Shown: in pieces, positions 29,798 to 39,560 of the stretch
How positions within the stretch are numbered: the stretch's first letter is position 1
Layout of the letters: every line of letters begins with the position of its first letter
Assembly (NCBI GenBank): GCA_963707425.1
Contig: CAVPPN010000005.1
Location: forward strand, 128,832-192,831
From: an uncultured Actinomycetota bacterium
GTDB taxonomy: Bacteria; Actinomycetota; Actinomycetes; Propionibacteriales; Nocardioidaceae
Length of the DNA: 64,000 nt
Direction of reading: 5' to 3'
Position numbers and translations under genes: made by a program
Notes under the pieces: model-generated
Told to the model about the DNA's origin: nothing
The model's input: the letters and a program-made list of their open reading frames with translations, nothing else
Database searches by the model: none

Positions 29798-30886
29798 TCA
29801 GTCCTCGTCGACGGTCAGGTCCTCGCCATGGGTGCCCGGTCGTGGCGCCCACGGCAGCTCCTCCGCGGGACGTACGACGATGAGCCGGTCGCCGCGCGCG
29901 AGCTGCGTGACCACCGGGTCGAAGTAGCGGTGCACCTGTCCGTCCCGAACCACGGCGATCACCTGGTCCGGCAGGTTCTGCGGCTGCTTGCCGACCTCCG
30001 GGACGAGAAGGTCACGCTCGGCGACCTCCAGCCCCTCCCCGTAGGTCAGGAGGTCCTCCATCACCGAGCCGAGCGTCGGGCTCAGGGAGGAGAGCCCCAG
30101 CAGCCGGCCGACCGCGTCCGAGGAGGTGATGACCGAGTCGGCGCCGCTCTGGCGCACGAGCGGGACGTTGTCCTGCTCCCGGACCGCCGCCACGATGTAC
30201 GCCTCCGGGTTGAGCTGGCGCACGTTCAGCGTGGCGAGGACGGTGGAGTCGTCACGGTCGGTGGTGATGATCACCTGGCGAGCCTTGGACGCGCCGGCGC
30301 GCCGAAGCACCTCGCGACGGGTCGCGTCGCCGGTGACGACCGCCAGGCCGTCGGCGTGCGCATCGCCGAGCGCGGCGTTGCTCGGGTCCACGACGACGAT
30401 CGACTCCCGGGCGGTGCCGTTGTTGACCAGCGTCTCGACCGCGCTGCGCCCCTTGGTGCCGTAGCCGATCACGACCACGTGGTCTTCCATGTTCTTCCTC
30501 CATCGGGCGACGCGGAAGCTCTCGCGTCCCTGCGTGGCGAGCACTTCGATTGTGGTGCCGATCAGCAGCACCAGGAAGGCGATGCGCAACGGCGTGATCA
30601 GGAACGCGTTCACCAGCCGCGCCTGGCTGTCCTGGGGGGCGATGTCCCCGTATCCGGTCGTGCTCAGCGTGACCGTCGTGTAGTACATGGCGTCGACCAG
30701 GTCCACCTGCCCGGTGGGGTCGGAGTTGTCGACGTAACCCTCGCGGTCGACGTACACCAGCAGGACGGTGAAGACGAGGATGCCAATGGCTGCAAGCAGA
30801 CGACGCCCGAGCTCCCACCACGGCGACCTGGTGATGGCGGGAAGACGCACCCGTAGGGCGCTGTCGGGAGGGATCTGATCAGGCAC
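29798..30886 (-). CDS. potassium channel protein with RCK/TrkA-N and TrkA-C domains
   Basis: 362-aa ORF with selectivity filter TTVTLSTTGYGD, then VVVIGYGTKGRS Rossmann fold. Intact. Confidence 0.9.
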   Translation of the reverse strand: MPDQIPPDSALRVRLPAITRSPWWELGRRLLAAIGILVFTVLLVYVDREGYVDNSDPTGQVDLVDAMYYTTVTLSTTGYGDIAPQDSQARLVNAFLITPLRIAFLVLLIGTTIEVLATQGRESFRVARWRKNMEDHVVVIGYGTKGRSAVETLVNNGTARESIVVVDPSNAALGDAHADGLAVVTGDATRREVLRRAGASKARQVIITTDRDDSTVLATLNVRQLNPEAYIVAAVREQDNVPLVRQSGADSVITSSDAVGRLLGLSSLSPTLGSVMEDLLTYGEGLEVAERDLLVPEVGKQPQNLPDQVIAVVRDGQVHRYFDPVVTQLARGDRLIVVRPAEELPWAPRPGTHGEDLTVDED

Positions 30887-30925
30887 GGTGAGAATCTACG
30901 GGACGACTGGGCGCGAACCTCGCAC

Positions 30926-31285
30926 CTACCGCACGACGTCGCCGTAGATGATGGTCGACGACCCGGGGTCCGCATGTGTCTCTTCGTCCGGTTGGTCGAC
31001 GACGACCGAGACGAAGCGGAACTCCTGGCCCGCGCGCGGTGTCGAGGCGCTCCCTTCGGTGCGCCGCCAGGTGCCGCAGAGCCTGGCGCCGACGGCACCC
31101 TCCTGGTCCTCGATCGTGTCGCCGGTCAGGCAGAGCTCACCGCTGTCCTCGTCGTAGCTGTCGACGGTCGCCGTCTCACGGCTCGGCGTGTCCGGTCCCG
31201 CCACCACCCCCAGCAGGTAGCCGCCCAGGATGCAGATCGCGCCTCCGGCGAGGGCAACTGGCGTCGGCAGGGTGACGTTTCCCAT
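30926..31285 (-). CDS. hypothetical membrane-anchored protein
   Basis: Within ORF 30926..31336. ATG 31285 (MGNVTLPTPVALAGGAICILGGYLLGVV). Confidence 0.5.
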   Translation of the reverse strand: MGNVTLPTPVALAGGAICILGGYLLGVVAGPDTPSRETATVDSYDEDSGELCLTGDTIEDQEGAVGARLCGTWRRTEGSASTPRAGQEFRFVSVVVDQPDEETHADPGSSTIIYGDVVR

Positions 31286-31392
31286 CTGAACCCTTCGTGA
31301 TCGGTGCGAAGCGGTCGTTTGCCGCAAGCATTCCATGAGCAGGCCGCCGACAAACCTACGCGTTCGTCACAACCGCCGTGCGTCCGGCTTCC

Positions 31393-32592
31393 TCAAGGCC
31401 GTGTGACGAGCACGATGCCCAGGCACATCTCGTCCGTCGTGCCCTCACCCCAGAGCACGTACCGCTCCGGCTGGCCCTCGAACGCGGGAAGCACGTCACG
31501 CAGTCCCTGGTCGTGAGTACAGGTCACCTTCAGCTCGTCTCCGGGTTCCAGCTTCGCGGGCCTGCGCAAGGGTTGGGCCCCCTGGTCGTCGAAGTCCCAG
31601 ACCGGTGTGTCGAGCAGGGTCCGGGCATCACGCCTCCCGGGGTTCACCTCGATCTTGATCGCCTTGCCGAGGAGGTGCATGTGGCCGGCGACGGCGCGCA
31701 CGGTGGCCGGCTCACTCACACGCCGTACGCAGCTCTGCACCGTACCGGGCTCGGGTCGCCCGCCGCCGTTGCACAGCAGCTGCAGGCCGGCGACCGCCTG
31801 GCCCGACCTCATGCCGAACCGACCCATGACGTCGAGCAACGCCGTCTCACGGTCGCAGAGCCGCCCCTCGACCCCGTCCCGGCACGGCAGCTCGACCGGC
31901 GCGGGCAGGAGCACGGTCTCCAGTGCCGCCAGGTTCTTCGTCCCGGAGGCGAGACGCAGCCGGGCGCTGCTCACGTCGGCACCGGTCCCCGCCAGCAGGT
32001 TGTAGTGAACCTGCATCACGATCATCGACCCGGCCTCGACCGGGATCCCGATGTCGGGAGCCATGGCGCGCTCGCCACCTCCGGGTGCCCACGCCCCGAG
32101 CCAGGGAGCGTTGTCCAGACTCGCGCCCTGGTCCTCGAGGCCGGAGCCGCCGAAGCACGTCCAGCCCTGCCCCGGTGCCCGCCTGTCGACCCGCTTTGCA
32201 GCCTCGACCTTGTCCGGCGTGACACGGAACAGGATCACGTGGTGCACGACCTGTGGGTCGCCGGGGACCACGTCGATGCCGGTGAGGTACGCGTCCTCGG
32301 TCAGCCTCGGGTCGAGGAGGAAGCACCGGTAGTCGTCGGTCCCCTGGTTCGGCGCCTTCGGCTTGTAGGGCCGTGGCATGGCCAGCTCGATGAACCGCTC
32401 CCCCGGCCGTAGCGGCTCCCTCGCGGCCGGCTCGGAGGGCGAATGCTCGTCCGTGGCAGAAGGGTCAGCGGGCGATGTCTGTGACGAGGGTGCGGAAGCG
32501 TCCGTCGACTGGTCCCGGGCCGGGTCGCCCGAGCACGACGCCAGCAGCAATGTCGCTGCAGCCACGGCCCCCAGCCACCAGGACGCCCTCAT
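31393..32592 (-). CDS. PHM/DBH-like copper type II monooxygenase-fold lipoprotein
   Basis: Within ORF 31393..32685. ATG 32592; lipobox LLLASC. Candidate copper ligands VVHHVILF, QVHYN, GHMHLLG, DEMCLG. Confidence 0.7.
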   Translation of the reverse strand: MRASWWLGAVAAATLLLASCSGDPARDQSTDASAPSSQTSPADPSATDEHSPSEPAAREPLRPGERFIELAMPRPYKPKAPNQGTDDYRCFLLDPRLTEDAYLTGIDVVPGDPQVVHHVILFRVTPDKVEAAKRVDRRAPGQGWTCFGGSGLEDQGASLDNAPWLGAWAPGGGERAMAPDIGIPVEAGSMIVMQVHYNLLAGTGADVSSARLRLASGTKNLAALETVLLPAPVELPCRDGVEGRLCDRETALLDVMGRFGMRSGQAVAGLQLLCNGGGRPEPGTVQSCVRRVSEPATVRAVAGHMHLLGKAIKIEVNPGRRDARTLLDTPVWDFDDQGAQPLRRPAKLEPGDELKVTCTHDQGLRDVLPAFEGQPERYVLWGEGTTDEMCLGIVLVTRP

Positions 32593-32614
32593 CACTGAAG
32601 TGTAGGCGCGACGG

Positions 32615-33157
32615 TCACCCAGCCGTCCCGTCGCGCAGACCGACCGCGTCGTGGCGCCAGAAGACGTCGGGGTAGACGAGCGCACCGGTCAGGCCGGTCT
32701 CGTACGCCGGAAGGCGGTACACCTGGAACGCAGGGGCCGGGATCCTCACCGACGGAGCGGTGAACCCCAGGACTCCGCCGGGAGTGAACCCGAGCCGCGG
32801 GTAGTAGCGCGGCGAACCTTCGAGGAACACCAGCGGCTCCGGTCGCGACTCGAGCAGGCGCAACGACTCGCGGACGAGTGCGCTTCCGACACCGGTGCCC
32901 TGGTGGTCGGGCCGGACGGACAACGGGCTCAGCACGAGCACCTCCACCAAGCTGGCGGGCGCGTCCAGCCACCCGCGCGTGAACGCAACATGGCCGACGA
33001 CCTCGCCGCCGCGCTCGGCCACGTACGACAGGCCGAGCCAGGCGACCGACTCCCGCAGGCCGTCGAGCAGCTCGGCGACGGGCTCCTCACCGAAAGCGGC
33101 CGCGACCACGTCCCGGACCTGACCCTCGTCCGCGGGCCACTCATCCCTGACGTTCAC
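32615..33157 (-). CDS. GNAT family N-acetyltransferase
   Basis: Within ORF 32615..33235. GTG 33157 overlaps the upstream stop. VRPDHQGTGVGSALV acetyl-CoA motif. Confidence 0.8.
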   Translation of the reverse strand: MNVRDEWPADEGQVRDVVAAAFGEEPVAELLDGLRESVAWLGLSYVAERGGEVVGHVAFTRGWLDAPASLVEVLVLSPLSVRPDHQGTGVGSALVRESLRLLESRPEPLVFLEGSPRYYPRLGFTPGGVLGFTAPSVRIPAPAFQVYRLPAYETGLTGALVYPDVFWRHDAVGLRDGTAG

Positions 33158-33729
33158 GGCAGGGCAACCGTCCACGGGCGTGGGTCCGTGGCGAGGATGC
33201 CCATGACGATGACGTCGTTCCAGGTGCCCTCCCACCGGAGTGCCTGCCGGCGCACGCCCTCACGCACGAACCCGCACTTCTCGTAGGACCGCTGCGCCCG
33301 GGGGTTGAAGGCGTAGACCTCGAGCTCCACCCGATGCAGGCCAACCTGGCCGAAGGCGTAGTCGAGGATGAGCCGGGTGGCCTCGGTGCCGTATCCGCGC
33401 CCGTACACCTCCTGGCCCGCAAGGCCGATGCGGAAGTTTGCGCGGGCGCTCTCCTCGTCAAGCTCGTTCAGCACTGCCTCGCCGAGGAAGACCCCGTCCT
33501 CGGCGCGAAGGATGGCGTAGTCCGCCCGGTCGTCCTGGCCCGGCCGCGACGCGAGCCACCGGTACGCGCTGTCGGCCTCGAACTCCAGGGGGGTTGCCGT
33601 GAGCCGGAGCCCTTCGGGGTCCGTCAAAAGGCGCTCGTAACCGCCGAGATGCTCGGGCCCGAGCTGTTCCAGCCACAGCCCGTGTCCTTGCAGGACGGGC
33701 TGGGCCCTCAGCACAGCGCGGTTGATCAT
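33154..33729 (-). CDS. GNAT family N-acetyltransferase (RimJ/RimL-like)
   Basis: Within ORF 33154..34458. ATG 33729. YGRGYGTEATRLILDYAF...LHRVELEVYAFNPRAQRSYEKCGF. Confidence 0.8.
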   Translation of the reverse strand: MINRAVLRAQPVLQGHGLWLEQLGPEHLGGYERLLTDPEGLRLTATPLEFEADSAYRWLASRPGQDDRADYAILRAEDGVFLGEAVLNELDEESARANFRIGLAGQEVYGRGYGTEATRLILDYAFGQVGLHRVELEVYAFNPRAQRSYEKCGFVREGVRRQALRWEGTWNDVIVMGILATDPRPWTVALP

Positions 33730-34769
33730 GACCCGCGCCGCCCCGCCTCGCGCATCTTCTTCCTCATCTCCCTGCCCCTCTCCGCCCTCAACCGGGCGTC
33801 CCTCCGTCGCGCCATCCAGTCGAGCTCTCGCCGCAACCGCTTCCAGCTCTCGTACCTGCGCTGCGTCAGGCTCCCCTCCTCGAGCGCCTCGACGACGGCG
33901 CACCCCGGCTCGGTCCGGTGCGAACAGTCGGCGAAGCGGCACGCGGCGACCAGCTCCTCGACGTCGCCGAACGTAGAGGCGAGCCCACCGTCGGCGTCGA
34001 TCAGACCGACGCCTCGAAGGCCCGGTGTGTCGATCACCGCTCCACCGCCGGGAAGCGGCACCAGCTCCCGGCGTACGGACGTGTGCCTGCCGCGCCCGTC
34101 CTCGCGGATAGCCTTCGTAGCGAGGACGTCGGTCCCCACGAGGGCGTTGACCAGCGAGGACTTGCCGTGACCGGACGAGCCGATCAGCCCGATGGTCCTC
34201 CGGCCGCCGACGAGCTCGCGGAGCCGCCCCACCCCAGCGCCCGAGATCGTGCTCGTGCAGATCACCTCCACCCCAGGCGCCACCGCGGCGATGTCCTCGG
34301 CGACCTGGTCCGAGTCGCGGACCGCGTCTGCCTTGGTGAGCACCACGACCGGCTGCGCTCCGCTGTCCCATGCCAGTGCAAGTAGCCGCTCGACCTTCGA
34401 GACGGTCGGTGCGGGGTGCAGGGAGACCACCACCGCGGCGTAGTCGATGTTGGCGCACAGGACCTGTCCCCTCGACTGCTCACCGGCCGTCGCCCGCACG
34501 ACTGCGGTGCGTCGGGGCAGCACCCGCTCGAGCGTGCTCCGACCGTCGGGCCATTCGCGGACCACGACCCAGTCACCGGTGCACGGCGCCTCAGCAGGGT
34601 CGCGGGCGACGTCGCCGAGCAGGCAGGCGCCGAAGCCCGCCCGCAGCGGGCCTTCCTCGGTGAGCACGTGGGCAATCCCCCGGTCCACGCGCACGACGCG
34701 GCCCAGGTGGGCATCTGCCGCGGCAGCGCACCTGGCCATCTCGGGGTCGTAACCGATCGCGTCGAGCAC
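33726..34769 (-). CDS. rsgA: ribosome small-subunit-dependent GTPase A
   Basis: 347-aa ORF. Circularly permuted GTPase: VLTKAD, GSSGHGKSSL, DTPG. Zinc knuckle CRFADCSHRTEPGC. Confidence 0.9.
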   Translation of the reverse strand: MLDAIGYDPEMARCAAAADAHLGRVVRVDRGIAHVLTEEGPLRAGFGACLLGDVARDPAEAPCTGDWVVVREWPDGRSTLERVLPRRTAVVRATAGEQSRGQVLCANIDYAAVVVSLHPAPTVSKVERLLALAWDSGAQPVVVLTKADAVRDSDQVAEDIAAVAPGVEVICTSTISGAGVGRLRELVGGRRTIGLIGSSGHGKSSLVNALVGTDVLATKAIREDGRGRHTSVRRELVPLPGGGAVIDTPGLRGVGLIDADGGLASTFGDVEELVAACRFADCSHRTEPGCAVVEALEEGSLTQRRYESWKRLRRELDWMARRRDARLRAERGREMRKKMREAGRRGS

Positions 34770-34824
34770 ATGGGGAATCTATGGCCGCGCCGCGTCCCCC
34801 GCACTCGATTAAATCGGGGCATGG

Positions 34825-35868
34825 TCATTTCGGGCGGTTGGCCCGATATGTCGCGCTGGCGGGACTCTCGGCGGATCTGTCGGGCCGCTCGGACTCGTCC
34901 TCGTCACGACGCAGCCGGGGCAGCACCGCCCTGAGCCGCAGCCGGCGCACCAGCTCCATCCGGGCCCGAGCGGTCTCCGACTCCGGCCACACCCTGTCGA
35001 ACGCCGCGTTCACCGCGGCGCCGATCAGCACCGCGATGGACAGCAGGTAGAGCCACAGCAGCACCGCGATCGGCGCGGCCAGCGGCCCGTAGATCGACGT
35101 GGACTTCCCTGCGGTGCTGGTGAGCACCCATCTGAGCACGAACGACCCGAAGACCCAGAGCATCAGCGTCAGGGTCGCGCCGGGCAGGTTGTAGCGCCAC
35201 GACGTACGCACTGGGACGGACACGTGGTACAGCGTCGCCAGGAAGCAGATCGAGAGCACGACGACGCTGGGCCAGTAGAGGGAGTTCACGAAGTCGAACC
35301 GCTCCGGCACGAGCTTCTCCACAAGCGTCGGCCCGGCCAGCACGAGCGGGATCGTCACCACGCCCGTGACCAGGCCCATGACGTAGAGGAGGAAGGAAAG
35401 GACACGTGTCTTCACCAGCCCCCGATGACCGCCGAGGCCGTACATGATCGTGATCGTGTCGACGAAGACGTTGAGAGCCCGCGAGCCCGACCACAGAGCG
35501 AGGACGAAGCCGATCGAGACCACGTCGTAGCGACCGCCCCGGAACACGTCGTTCATGGTCGGCTCGATGATGGTGGAGACCGTCTCGTCGGTGAGCGCGC
35601 GCGAGGAGAGGTCGACAACGGCGGACCGGACCTCGTCGAGGCGGGCGTCGCTGAAGCGGCTGAACACATAGCCGATCGACCCGGCCAGGGCGAAGATCAG
35701 CGGTGGTAGCGACAGCAGGGCGAAGAACGCCGCCTCCGCTGCCAGCCCGGTGACGCGGTTGCGGTAGCAGGTGCCCACGGTGGACACCAGGAGCCGCCAG
35801 ACTGTGTCCCGTATCACGTCCCAGCGGGAAAGTTCACGAGCCTCCGGGCTCTCCCTCTCCCCTGACAT
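34825..35868 (-). CDS. YihY/BrkB family membrane protein
   Basis: Within ORF 34825..36051. ATG 35868. GLAAEAAFFALLSLPP...IYGPLAAPIAVLLWLYL. Confidence 0.8.
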   Translation of the reverse strand: MSGERESPEARELSRWDVIRDTVWRLLVSTVGTCYRNRVTGLAAEAAFFALLSLPPLIFALAGSIGYVFSRFSDARLDEVRSAVVDLSSRALTDETVSTIIEPTMNDVFRGGRYDVVSIGFVLALWSGSRALNVFVDTITIMYGLGGHRGLVKTRVLSFLLYVMGLVTGVVTIPLVLAGPTLVEKLVPERFDFVNSLYWPSVVVLSICFLATLYHVSVPVRTSWRYNLPGATLTLMLWVFGSFVLRWVLTSTAGKSTSIYGPLAAPIAVLLWLYLLSIAVLIGAAVNAAFDRVWPESETARARMELVRRLRLRAVLPRLRRDEDESERPDRSAESPASATYRANRPK

Positions 35869-35885
35869 GGATCTACCGTAACGAC

Positions 35886-37523
35886 ATGTCTGTCGATAAC
35901 CGGGTAGCAACGAACCAGGCCCCCCCACTTGTGGGGCACAACGTCGTCCTCTCCGACCGCGCCCTGGTCGAGGCCGTGAACCGCCACGCCTCACCAGAGG
36001 TCGTCTCGGACCTCGTCGAGCTCGGAGCAGTCGCAGGCAGCGCCGAGGCACGTGAGCACGGCATGCTCGCCAACCGCTTCGAACCCGAGCTCACCACGTT
36101 CGACCGCTACGGGAACAGGATCGACGAGGTGCGGTTCCACCCGTCGTGGCACTGGCTGATGGAGCGCGGAGTCGGGTTCGGTCTCCAGGCGGCGCCGTGG
36201 CAGTCGGACTCCCCCCACGCCCACGTACGCCGGGCGGCGGGGTTCATGGCCTGGTCGCACACCGAATCCGGTCACGGGTGCCCGATCTCCATGACCTACG
36301 CGGCTGTCCCCGCGCTCCGGGCCGATGACGCCATCGCCAAGGAGTGGACACCCCGGCTGGCGGCGACGTCGTACGACTTCGGGGTGCGCCCGGTCTCCGA
36401 GAAGTCGGGCGCCCTGGCAGGCATGGGCATGACCGAGAAGCAGGGCGGCTCGGACGTCCGCGCGAACGTCACCGAGGCGCGCCCGACCGGCGTCGACGGT
36501 GAGTACACCCTCCACGGGCACAAGTGGTTCACCTCGGCCCCGATGAACGACGTGTTCCTGGTCCTGGCACAGGCACCCGGCGGCGTCACCTGCTTCCTGG
36601 TGCCGCGGGTCCTCGCGGACGGCACGCGCAACCAGCTGGACGTCGTACGCCTGAAGGAGAAGCTCGGCAACCGGTCGAACGCCTCCTCCGAGCTGGAGTT
36701 CCACGGGACCTGGGCGCAGCGCCTCGGCGACGAGGGCCGTGGCGTCCGGACGATCATCGAGATGGTCGCGGCGACGAGGCTGGACTGTGTGCTGGGCTCG
36801 GCGTCGCTGATGCGTCGCGCCGTCGCCGAGGCGTCGTGGCACGTGTCGCACCGCTCGGCCTTCGGCGGGCTGCTCTCCGACAAGCCGCTGATGCAGAACG
36901 TGGTCGCCGACCTCGCCGTGGAGTCCGAAGCCGCGACGGCCTTGGCGATCCGCCTCGCCGCCGCGGTGGACGGTGCCGCGGACCCGCACGAGGCCGCATT
37001 CCGGCGGATCGCGCTGCCGCTGGCGAAGTTCTGGGTGTGCAAGCGCACCCCGATGATGGTCGCTGAGGCCCTGGAGTGCCTCGGCGGCAACGGCTACGTC
37101 GAGGAGTCGGGGATGCCGCTGCTGTTCCGGGAGTCCCCGCTGAACTCCATCTGGGAGGGGTCCGGCAACGTCAACGCGCTCGACGTGCTGCGCGCCCTCT
37201 CGCGGGAGCCCGAGGCGCTCAACGCCTGGATCGTCGAGGTCGGCAAGGCCCGCGGCGAGGACCCGCGCCTGGACCGCGCCATCGAGGCCGTCCTGGAGTC
37301 CCTGGCCGACACCGCCGAGATGGAGGTCGGGGCCCGCCGGCTCGCAGGGCGGATGGCGGCCGTGCTCCAGGGCTCCCTGCTCGTGCGGCATGCTCCTGCC
37401 GATGTCGCCGACGCGTTCTGCGCCACCCGGCTCGGAAACGAGTACGCCGGGACGCTGGGCACCCTTCCTCGCGGCATCGACATGAGGTCCATCGTCGACC
37501 GCACCATGCCAACCCTCCCTTGA
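35886..37523 (+). CDS. acyl-CoA dehydrogenase family protein (AidB-like)
   Basis: 545-aa ORF. GMTEKQGGSDV, WFTSAP, and the C-terminal ACAD fold typical of AidB-like enzymes. Confidence 0.85.
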   Translation: MSVDNRVATNQAPPLVGHNVVLSDRALVEAVNRHASPEVVSDLVELGAVAGSAEAREHGMLANRFEPELTTFDRYGNRIDEVRFHPSWHWLMERGVGFGLQAAPWQSDSPHAHVRRAAGFMAWSHTESGHGCPISMTYAAVPALRADDAIAKEWTPRLAATSYDFGVRPVSEKSGALAGMGMTEKQGGSDVRANVTEARPTGVDGEYTLHGHKWFTSAPMNDVFLVLAQAPGGVTCFLVPRVLADGTRNQLDVVRLKEKLGNRSNASSELEFHGTWAQRLGDEGRGVRTIIEMVAATRLDCVLGSASLMRRAVAEASWHVSHRSAFGGLLSDKPLMQNVVADLAVESEAATALAIRLAAAVDGAADPHEAAFRRIALPLAKFWVCKRTPMMVAEALECLGGNGYVEESGMPLLFRESPLNSIWEGSGNVNALDVLRALSREPEALNAWIVEVGKARGEDPRLDRAIEAVLESLADTAEMEVGARRLAGRMAAVLQGSLLVRHAPADVADAFCATRLGNEYAGTLGTLPRGIDMRSIVDRTMPTLP

Positions 37524-37524
37524 G

Positions 37525-37612
37525 TCGGCCCTCCCGCGGCGTTGAATCGGCCCTCCCGCGGCGTTGAATCGGCCCTCCCGGGGTCTCGAACCGGCCCTCC
37601 CGTCAGGCGCCG
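37525..37612. repeat. 22-bp tandem array, unit TCGGCCCTCCCGCGGCGTTGAA (2 exact, 1 variant, 1 degenerate copy)
   Basis: Units at 37525-37546, 37547-37568 and 37569-37590, with a degenerate copy from 37591. Starts 2 nt after the aidB-like stop. Confidence 0.9.
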
Positions 37613-37639
37613 CGCCCATCCCAACCCCCATGCCACAGG

Positions 37640-37740
37640 CTCAACACCTCGCGGGGGCCGACTCAACACCCCACGGGGGCCGACTCAACACCCCACGGGG
37701 GCCGACTCAACACCCCACGGGGGCCGACTCAACGGCAGGC
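37640..37740. repeat. 22-bp tandem array, unit CTCAACACCCCACGGGGGCCGA (1 variant, 3 exact, 1 partial copy), inverted relative to the left array
   Basis: Units at 37640-37661, 37662-37683, 37684-37705 and 37706-37727, with a partial copy from 37728. Ends 1 nt before the glyA stop. Confidence 0.9.
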
Positions 37741-37741
37741 A

Positions 37742-39223
37742 TCAGGTGAGCTCGAGACCGGGGTAGAGCGGGTGCTTGTCCAGCATCTCGGCCGACGCCG
37801 CCTTGGTGCGATCGGCCACACCGTCGGCGAGCGTGTAGTTCGCCTTCGAGGGCCTGCCGTCCTTGGTCTGCTTCGGCGTCGTGTTCGACAGCACGTCCAC
37901 CACCAGGTCGGCCACCCGGTCGAACTCGTCGTGCCCGAAGCCACGGGTGGTCAACGCTGGCGTGCCGAAACGGATGCCGCTGGTGTACCAGGCACCGTTG
38001 GGGTCCGCCGGGACGGAGTTGCGGTTGGTGACCACGCCGGCGTCGAGGAGAGCCGACTCGGCCTGCCGGCCGGTGAGCCCGAAGCCCGATACGTCGAGCA
38101 GCACCAGGTGGTTGTCGGTGCCGCCGGTGACGAGCTTGGCGCCCCGCTGGAGGAAGCCGTCGGCGAGCGACTTCGCGTTGTCGGCGATGTTCTGGGCGTA
38201 CGTCGCGAACCCGGGCTGCCGAGCCTCGGCGAGGGCCACTGCCTTGGCGGCCATGACGTGGGACAACGGACCGCCGAGCACCATCGGACATCCGCGGTCG
38301 ACCGACGGGGCGTACTCCTCCGTGGCCAGGACCATGCCACCGCGCGGACCGCGGAGCGACTTGTGCGTGGTCGTCGTCACGATGTGCGCGTGAGGGACGG
38401 GGTTCTCGTCACCCGTGAAGACCTTGCCCGCCACGAGGCCCGCGAAGTGGGCCATGTCGACCATGAGCGTGGCGCCGACCTCGTCCGCGATCTCGCGCAT
38501 CCTCGCGAAGTCGACCCGCCGCGGGTATGCCGAGTACCCGGCGATGAGCACGAGCGGCCTGAACTCGCGCGCGGCGGCCGCGACCCGGTCGTAGTCGAGC
38601 AGACCCGTCTCGGGGTCGGTGCCGTAGCTGCGCTGGTGGAACATCTTCCCGGAGATGTTCGGGCGGAAGCCGTGGGTCAGGTGGCCCCCGGCGTCCAAGG
38701 ACATGCCGAGCATGCGCTGGTTGCCGAACTCGTGGCGCAGCGTCTCCCAGTCCTCCTCGGAGAGCTCGTTCACGTTCTTGGCCCCGAACTTCTCCAGCGC
38801 AGGAGACTCGACGCGGTGGGCCAGGATCGACCAGAAGGCCACCAGGTTCGCGTCGATGCCCGAGTGTGGCTGGGCGTAGGCGTACTCCGCGCCGAAGAGC
38901 TCGCGCGCGTGCTCGGCCGCCAGCGACTCGACCGTGTCCACGTTCTGGCATCCGGCGTAGAAGCGGTGCCCGATGGTGCCCTCGGCGTACTTGTCGCTGA
39001 GCCAGGTCCCCATGGTGAGCAGGACAGCCGGCGACGCGTAGTTCTCGCTTGCGATCAGCTTGAGCGATGCCCGCTGGTCGGCGAGCTCGGCCCTTGTGGC
39101 TTCCGCCACACGCGGCTCGACCGAGGCGATGACCTCGAGGGCCGCTCGGTACGCCTCGCTCGCCTTCGCGGAGGGGCCTGCTGCGCCTGTAGCCTGCGGA
39201 TTCACTGTGCTGGACTCGGTCAT
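37742..39223 (-). CDS. glyA: serine hydroxymethyltransferase
   Basis: Within ORF 37742..39262. [21 protein letters not shown] (PLP Lys). ATG 39223 preferred. Confidence 0.95.
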   Translation of the reverse strand: MTESSTVNPQATGAAGPSAKASEAYRAALEVIASVEPRVAEATRAELADQRASLKLIASENYASPAVLLTMGTWLSDKYAEGTIGHRFYAGCQNVDTVESLAAEHARELFGAEYAYAQPHSGIDANLVAFWSILAHRVESPALEKFGAKNVNELSEEDWETLRHEFGNQRMLGMSLDAGGHLTHGFRPNISGKMFHQRSYGTDPETGLLDYDRVAAAAREFRPLVLIAGYSAYPRRVDFARMREIADEVGATLMVDMAHFAGLVAGKVFTGDENPVPHAHIVTTTTHKSLRGPRGGMVLATEEYAPSVDRGCPMVLGGPLSHVMAAKAVALAEARQPGFATYAQNIADNAKSLADGFLQRGAKLVTGGTDNHLVLLDVSGFGLTGRQAESALLDAGVVTNRNSVPADPNGAWYTSGIRFGTPALTTRGFGHDEFDRVADLVVDVLSNTTPKQTKDGRPSKANYTLADGVADRTKAASAEMLDKHPLYPGLELT

Positions 39224-39560
39224 GCCCGACAGCCTAGTGAGGCGCCCTGCCACGGACAGCACAAGGGTGAGTGTGTCAGATCGTGGACACTTGTCTCACA
39301 TCATAAGATGCGGGTTTGTGGAGCAGGCGTCCGACCCGTGAGACTTCAGTCCGTGATCTCCGCTGCAACGTCCCAGTTCCTCGTGGCTCGACGCCACGTG
39401 GACCTCGGTCGTACGCGCAGCATGATGTGTATGCCCTACCGCGCCGCCTGATCTGTCCTCTCATCAGCCGGGCGCGCGGTCGCCGGCACACACTTTTCGA
39501 CAACGGCGTCGGATGGTCTCCCGCGACTCGTGCGTCTCTCATTCCCCAGGAAACGCATTC

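Noticed and set aside
37525-37740. CRISPR array.
   Set aside because: The repeats are directly contiguous with no unique spacers. The unit is only 22 bp, the two halves are inverted, and no cas genes are present in the window.
37542-37766. Small ORFs encoding repetitive peptides (for example MNRPSRGVESALPG...GADSTPHGGRLN) across the 22-bp arrays.
   Set aside because: The periodic peptide repeats simply mirror the DNA tandem repeats. Both strands give similar ORFs, and there is no RBS or codon bias.
39224-39560. ZTP/THF-type riboswitch or other leader upstream of glyA, or a regulatory RNA upstream of sirA.
   Set aside because: I could not find the conserved ZTP (pfl) core strings or a convincing pseudoknot by eye. 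Only a possible TATGAT -10-like box and short palindromes are present. A covariance-model scan would be needed.
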